From Thermodesulfobacteriota bacterium (lineage in GTDB: Bacteria; Desulfobacterota_D; UBA1144; Nemesobacterales; JAJCZQ01): a stretch of DNA of 64,000 nucleotides. The stretch spans positions 928,911 to 992,910 of the forward strand of contig CBDBDR010000017.1 of assembly GCA_965203965.1 (NCBI GenBank). The letters run 5' to 3'. Under the pieces are notes generated by a model. That model ran no database searches, was not told the DNA's origin, and was given only the letters and a program-made list of their open reading frames with translations. The first letter of the stretch is position 1, and every line of letters starts with the position of its first letter. The position numbers and the translations under genes are program-made. Shown piece after piece: positions 61,380-64,000 of this stretch.

Positions 61380-62204
61380 ATTATAAATCAACCGGCAAAA
61401 GTAAGCATTATTGGCTGTGGCTGGCTTGGACTTCCACTTGGGATTTTCCTTTCCAAAAAAGGGTACCGGATCAAGGGATCTACAAGAGACAAGAAAAAAC
61501 TGAATTTAATCGGAAAGAGCAATATTGAACCGTATTTATTGTCCCTGAATCCTGAAATAAGCTGTGAAAGAAAAAGTGAGTTTTTTGACACCGACATATT
61601 AGTGATCAATATTCCACCTCTTAGAAGAGATGATACAGTGGAGTATCACCAGCAACAAATAAAAAACTTGATAATGGAGATTGTTAAAGCCGGTATTAAA
61701 AATGTCTTGTTTACCAGCTCAACTTCAATTTATCCTGAGGTAAACAGAAAAGTATTTGAAGATGAAAAGCTGGCGCCGAGTAAATTATCAGGCATTGCGT
61801 TAAAGAAAGTAGAAGATCTACTATTAGGATCATACAAATTCCAAACCACTGTCCTTCGGCTTGCAGGACTAGTTGGCTATGATAGAAATCCGAGGAATTT
61901 CCTGAGAAAAAGAAAAGTCATCCATAAGATAAATACCCCGGTCAACCTGGTGCACAGAGATGATTGTATTAAAGTAATTTACCAAGTTATTAAAAAAGGT
62001 ATTTGGGGAAAAATTTACAATGTGTGCTGCGACAAGCACCCCGAAAGAATCAGCTTTTACAAAAATGAAGCGGAGATAGCAGGTATAGAACCACCCGAAA
62101 TGGAGTTTGCAAAAACAGCCAATTATAAAATTGTAAGCAATGAAAAAATAAAAAGAGAGTTGAATTACAGTTTTATCTACCCCGACCCTTTGGAATTTGA
62201 GTAA
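61380..62204 (+). CDS. NAD(P)-binding Rossmann-fold protein (SDR/epimerase-like), non-canonical start
   Basis: The in-frame region after TGA 61368-61370 encodes the classical Rossmann start KVSIIGCGWLGLPLGIFLSKKGYRIKGSTRD. AAGGAG lies at 61372-61377. No ATG, GTG or TTG occurs before the GxGxxG motif. The first ATG of the ORF track (61539) would delete the dinucleotide-binding site. Confidence 0.6.
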   Translation: MINQPAKVSIIGCGWLGLPLGIFLSKKGYRIKGSTRDKKKLNLIGKSNIEPYLLSLNPEISCERKSEFFDTDILVINIPPLRRDDTVEYHQQQIKNLIMEIVKAGIKNVLFTSSTSIYPEVNRKVFEDEKLAPSKLSGIALKKVEDLLLGSYKFQTTVLRLAGLVGYDRNPRNFLRKRKVIHKINTPVNLVHRDDCIKVIYQVIKKGIWGKIYNVCCDKHPERISFYKNEAEIAGIEPPEMEFAKTANYKIVSNEKIKRELNYSFIYPDPLEFE

Positions 62205-62296
62205 TACAAATGGCAATTTTACAACCGCACTTGCAGGCATGATTAATTACAATATAGAATATACGGAGCTTTAAATATACTTAGAGGTCACCGATA

Positions 62297-63586
62297 ATGC
62301 CCGAACTGAGAATCATCAGAAATTACGTTGGAATTGCAAACTCACACAAACTAAGTTCATACCTTGAAAGAGGAGGATATAAACCTCTTCAAAAGGCTTT
62401 AGGAATGGACAGAAAAGAAATAATTGAAATCATAAACAGATCGGGTCTTAGAGGCAGAGGAGGTGCAGGCTTTCCAACGGGTATGAAGTGGAGTTTTATA
62501 CCACAAAATACCGGTAAACCTATTTACTTGTGTTGTAATGCCGATGAGAGTGAGCCCGGCAGCTTTAAAGACAGAGAAATACTCGAGTACGACCCTCACC
62601 AAATGCTTGAAGGTATAGCGATTGCCTGCTATGCAATCAACTCACACAAAAGCTACATCTATATACGAGGGGAAATGCCTCACGGTGCAAAAATAATTCA
62701 AGAATCCATTGATGAAGCAAAAAGTAACGGTTATCTGGGTAAAAATATTTTTGATTCGGGATTTGATCTGGAAGTTTCTTTATACAGGGGTGCGGGAGCT
62801 TATATATGCGGAGAGGAAACGGGTCTCCTTGAATCAATTGAAGGTAAGAATGGTGAACCAAGACCAAAACCGCCGTTTCCCGCTCAGGTAGGTTTATTTG
62901 GTTACCCAACTATTGTCAATAATGTGGAAACATTGGCTTTTGTCCCCCACATAATAAACAAAGGTGCTGAGTGGTTTTCATCAATTGGCACAGCAAAAAA
63001 TACAGGCACAAAAATCTATGGTCTCAGCGGATGTATAAATAACCCTGGACTCTTTGAACTGCCCCTTGGAATTACAATAAGAGAACTGATTGAAGAATAC
63101 GGAAAAGGGGTGACGGGAGGTAGTAAAGTCAAAGCTATCTCTCCGGGAGGGTCTTCCTCAGCAGTTTTGACCGCTGAGGATCTTGATATGTCTCTTGATT
63201 TTGACACTATGGCAAAAGCAGGTTCAATGCTCGGAACTGCAGGGGTAACCGTCATGGATGAATCAGTTTGCATGGTTAGAGTTGCTCAGAATTTAGCTCA
63301 TTTTTACAGGGACGAATCATGCGGGCAGTGCGTGCAATGCAGGGAAGGTACATGGTGGCTTGAAAAGATGTTGAGAGAGATTGAAGAGGGAAAAGGTTCC
63401 TCGCAACATGTTGACACAATACTTGATGCCTGCTCCCAGATGAGAGGAACAACGATCTGTGCACTTGCTGACGGATGTGCAATGCCAGTTGATTCCATCG
63501 TCAGAAAATTCAGGAACGAATTTGAAGAACACATCAAACAGGGTAAATGCCCGTTTGACAATCCTTACATGGGTGATTGGGATTAG
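62297..63586 (+). CDS. nuoF: NuoF-family NADH-binding flavoprotein subunit (NADH dehydrogenase/hydrogenase diaphorase 51 kDa subunit)
   Basis: NADH/FMN site GLRGRGGAGFPTGMKW and C-terminal 4Fe-4S cysteines (ESCGQCVQCREGT...CALADGC). No nuoE or other nuo genes are adjacent. Confidence 0.8.
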   Translation: MPELRIIRNYVGIANSHKLSSYLERGGYKPLQKALGMDRKEIIEIINRSGLRGRGGAGFPTGMKWSFIPQNTGKPIYLCCNADESEPGSFKDREILEYDPHQMLEGIAIACYAINSHKSYIYIRGEMPHGAKIIQESIDEAKSNGYLGKNIFDSGFDLEVSLYRGAGAYICGEETGLLESIEGKNGEPRPKPPFPAQVGLFGYPTIVNNVETLAFVPHIINKGAEWFSSIGTAKNTGTKIYGLSGCINNPGLFELPLGITIRELIEEYGKGVTGGSKVKAISPGGSSSAVLTAEDLDMSLDFDTMAKAGSMLGTAGVTVMDESVCMVRVAQNLAHFYRDESCGQCVQCREGTWWLEKMLREIEEGKGSSQHVDTILDACSQMRGTTICALADGCAMPVDSIVRKFRNEFEEHIKQGKCPFDNPYMGDWD

Positions 63587-63663
63587 TTCGTATTATTATA
63601 TCTATTAACTCTGACATGATCTTTCTAAGAAAGACCTGACCCTTTTTGTAATTAACAACTAAA

Positions 63664-64000
63664 TTAAGGGCGCATTTTTAATATATTCTGCTCCATAACT
63701 TTCGCAAAACCATCCGTTTTCAGCCCTCCTCCCAAATCCCGTGTCGTTTCACCTTTGGCAAGTGCAATATTATAAGCCTTTTTAATCCTCTCCGCAGACC
63801 TCCTCATATTATCCAGACCCTCTGTATCAGCTATATAATTAAGCATCATCGCTCCCGACATTATGAGGGCAAGCGGATTTGCAATGTTTAATCCGGCAAT
63901 ATCGGGTGCCGATCCATGTACGGCTTCAAAAACCGCGGACTCGTCACCTATATTTGACCCTGGCACAACTCCGAGTCCTCCGACAAGTCCTGCACACAAG
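63664..64000 (-). CDS. isocitrate/3-isopropylmalate dehydrogenase family protein, C-terminal portion (gene continues past window end)
   Basis: C-terminal IDH/IMDH signature NLFGDILSD-like region (NIGDESAVFEAVHGSAPDIAG) and dimerisation tail. Reverse strand, open to position 64000. Confidence 0.7.
   Translation of the reverse strand, partial: LCAGLVGGLGVVPGSNIGDESAVFEAVHGSAPDIAGLNIANPLALIMSGAMMLNYIADTEGLDNMRRSAERIKKAYNIALAKGETTRDLGGGLKTDGFAKVMEQNILKMRP

Noticed and set aside
63619-63647. Possible bidirectional terminator between nuoF and the convergent IDH/IMDH gene (TCTTTC-TAA-GAAAGA hairpin followed by CCCTTTTTG)
   Set aside because: The stem is only 6 bp and AT-rich and the T-tract is displaced; too weak to report as a feature.
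1-64000. CRISPR arrays, rRNA genes, transposases and integrases
   Set aside because: No regularly spaced direct repeats, rRNA-like sequences, transposase or recombinase ORFs were seen anywhere in the window.

Overview
This 64 kb window is a contiguous, AT-rich stretch of a bacterial chromosome with mostly housekeeping genes at about 90% coding density. It holds a biotin biosynthesis cluster (bioB-bioA-bioF) followed by an aldolase and a Zn-dependent dehydrogenase, the prs-rplY-pth-hppA operon, rpsF-rpsR-rplI, and a Thi4-type thiazole synthase. It also holds trpE-trpG followed by two paralogous CaiC-like acyl-CoA ligases that flank a Na+/Ca2+ exchanger, the rpmH-rnpA-yidD-yidC-jag cluster (no dnaA found), an oadGAB Na+-translocating decarboxylase operon, purEK, purC, fbp and a nuoF-like gene. 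Several genes point to Na+-based anaerobic bioenergetics (membrane pyrophosphatase, Na+ decarboxylase, Na+:solute symporter, CaCA exchanger). Accessory content consists of three DNA methyltransferases: a large Mod-like one coupled to an HTH gene at the window start, an MTase + HNH system directly 3' of tRNA-Ala(CGC), and an MTase with a RadC-like N-terminal domain + putative endonuclease. The most unusual observations are the bio operon lacking bioD but carrying an aldolase/dehydrogenase pair, an archaemetzincin-like protein whose Zn-ribbon is intact but whose HExxH catalytic motif is missing (operonic with HtrA and RidA), anthranilate synthase coupled to a duplicated acyl-CoA ligase instead of trpD, and a Rossmann-fold gene with no canonical start codon. 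No CRISPR array, rRNA or transposase was found. I make no organism assignment. All calls rest on reading the supplied ORF translations and sequence by eye; no database search was run.
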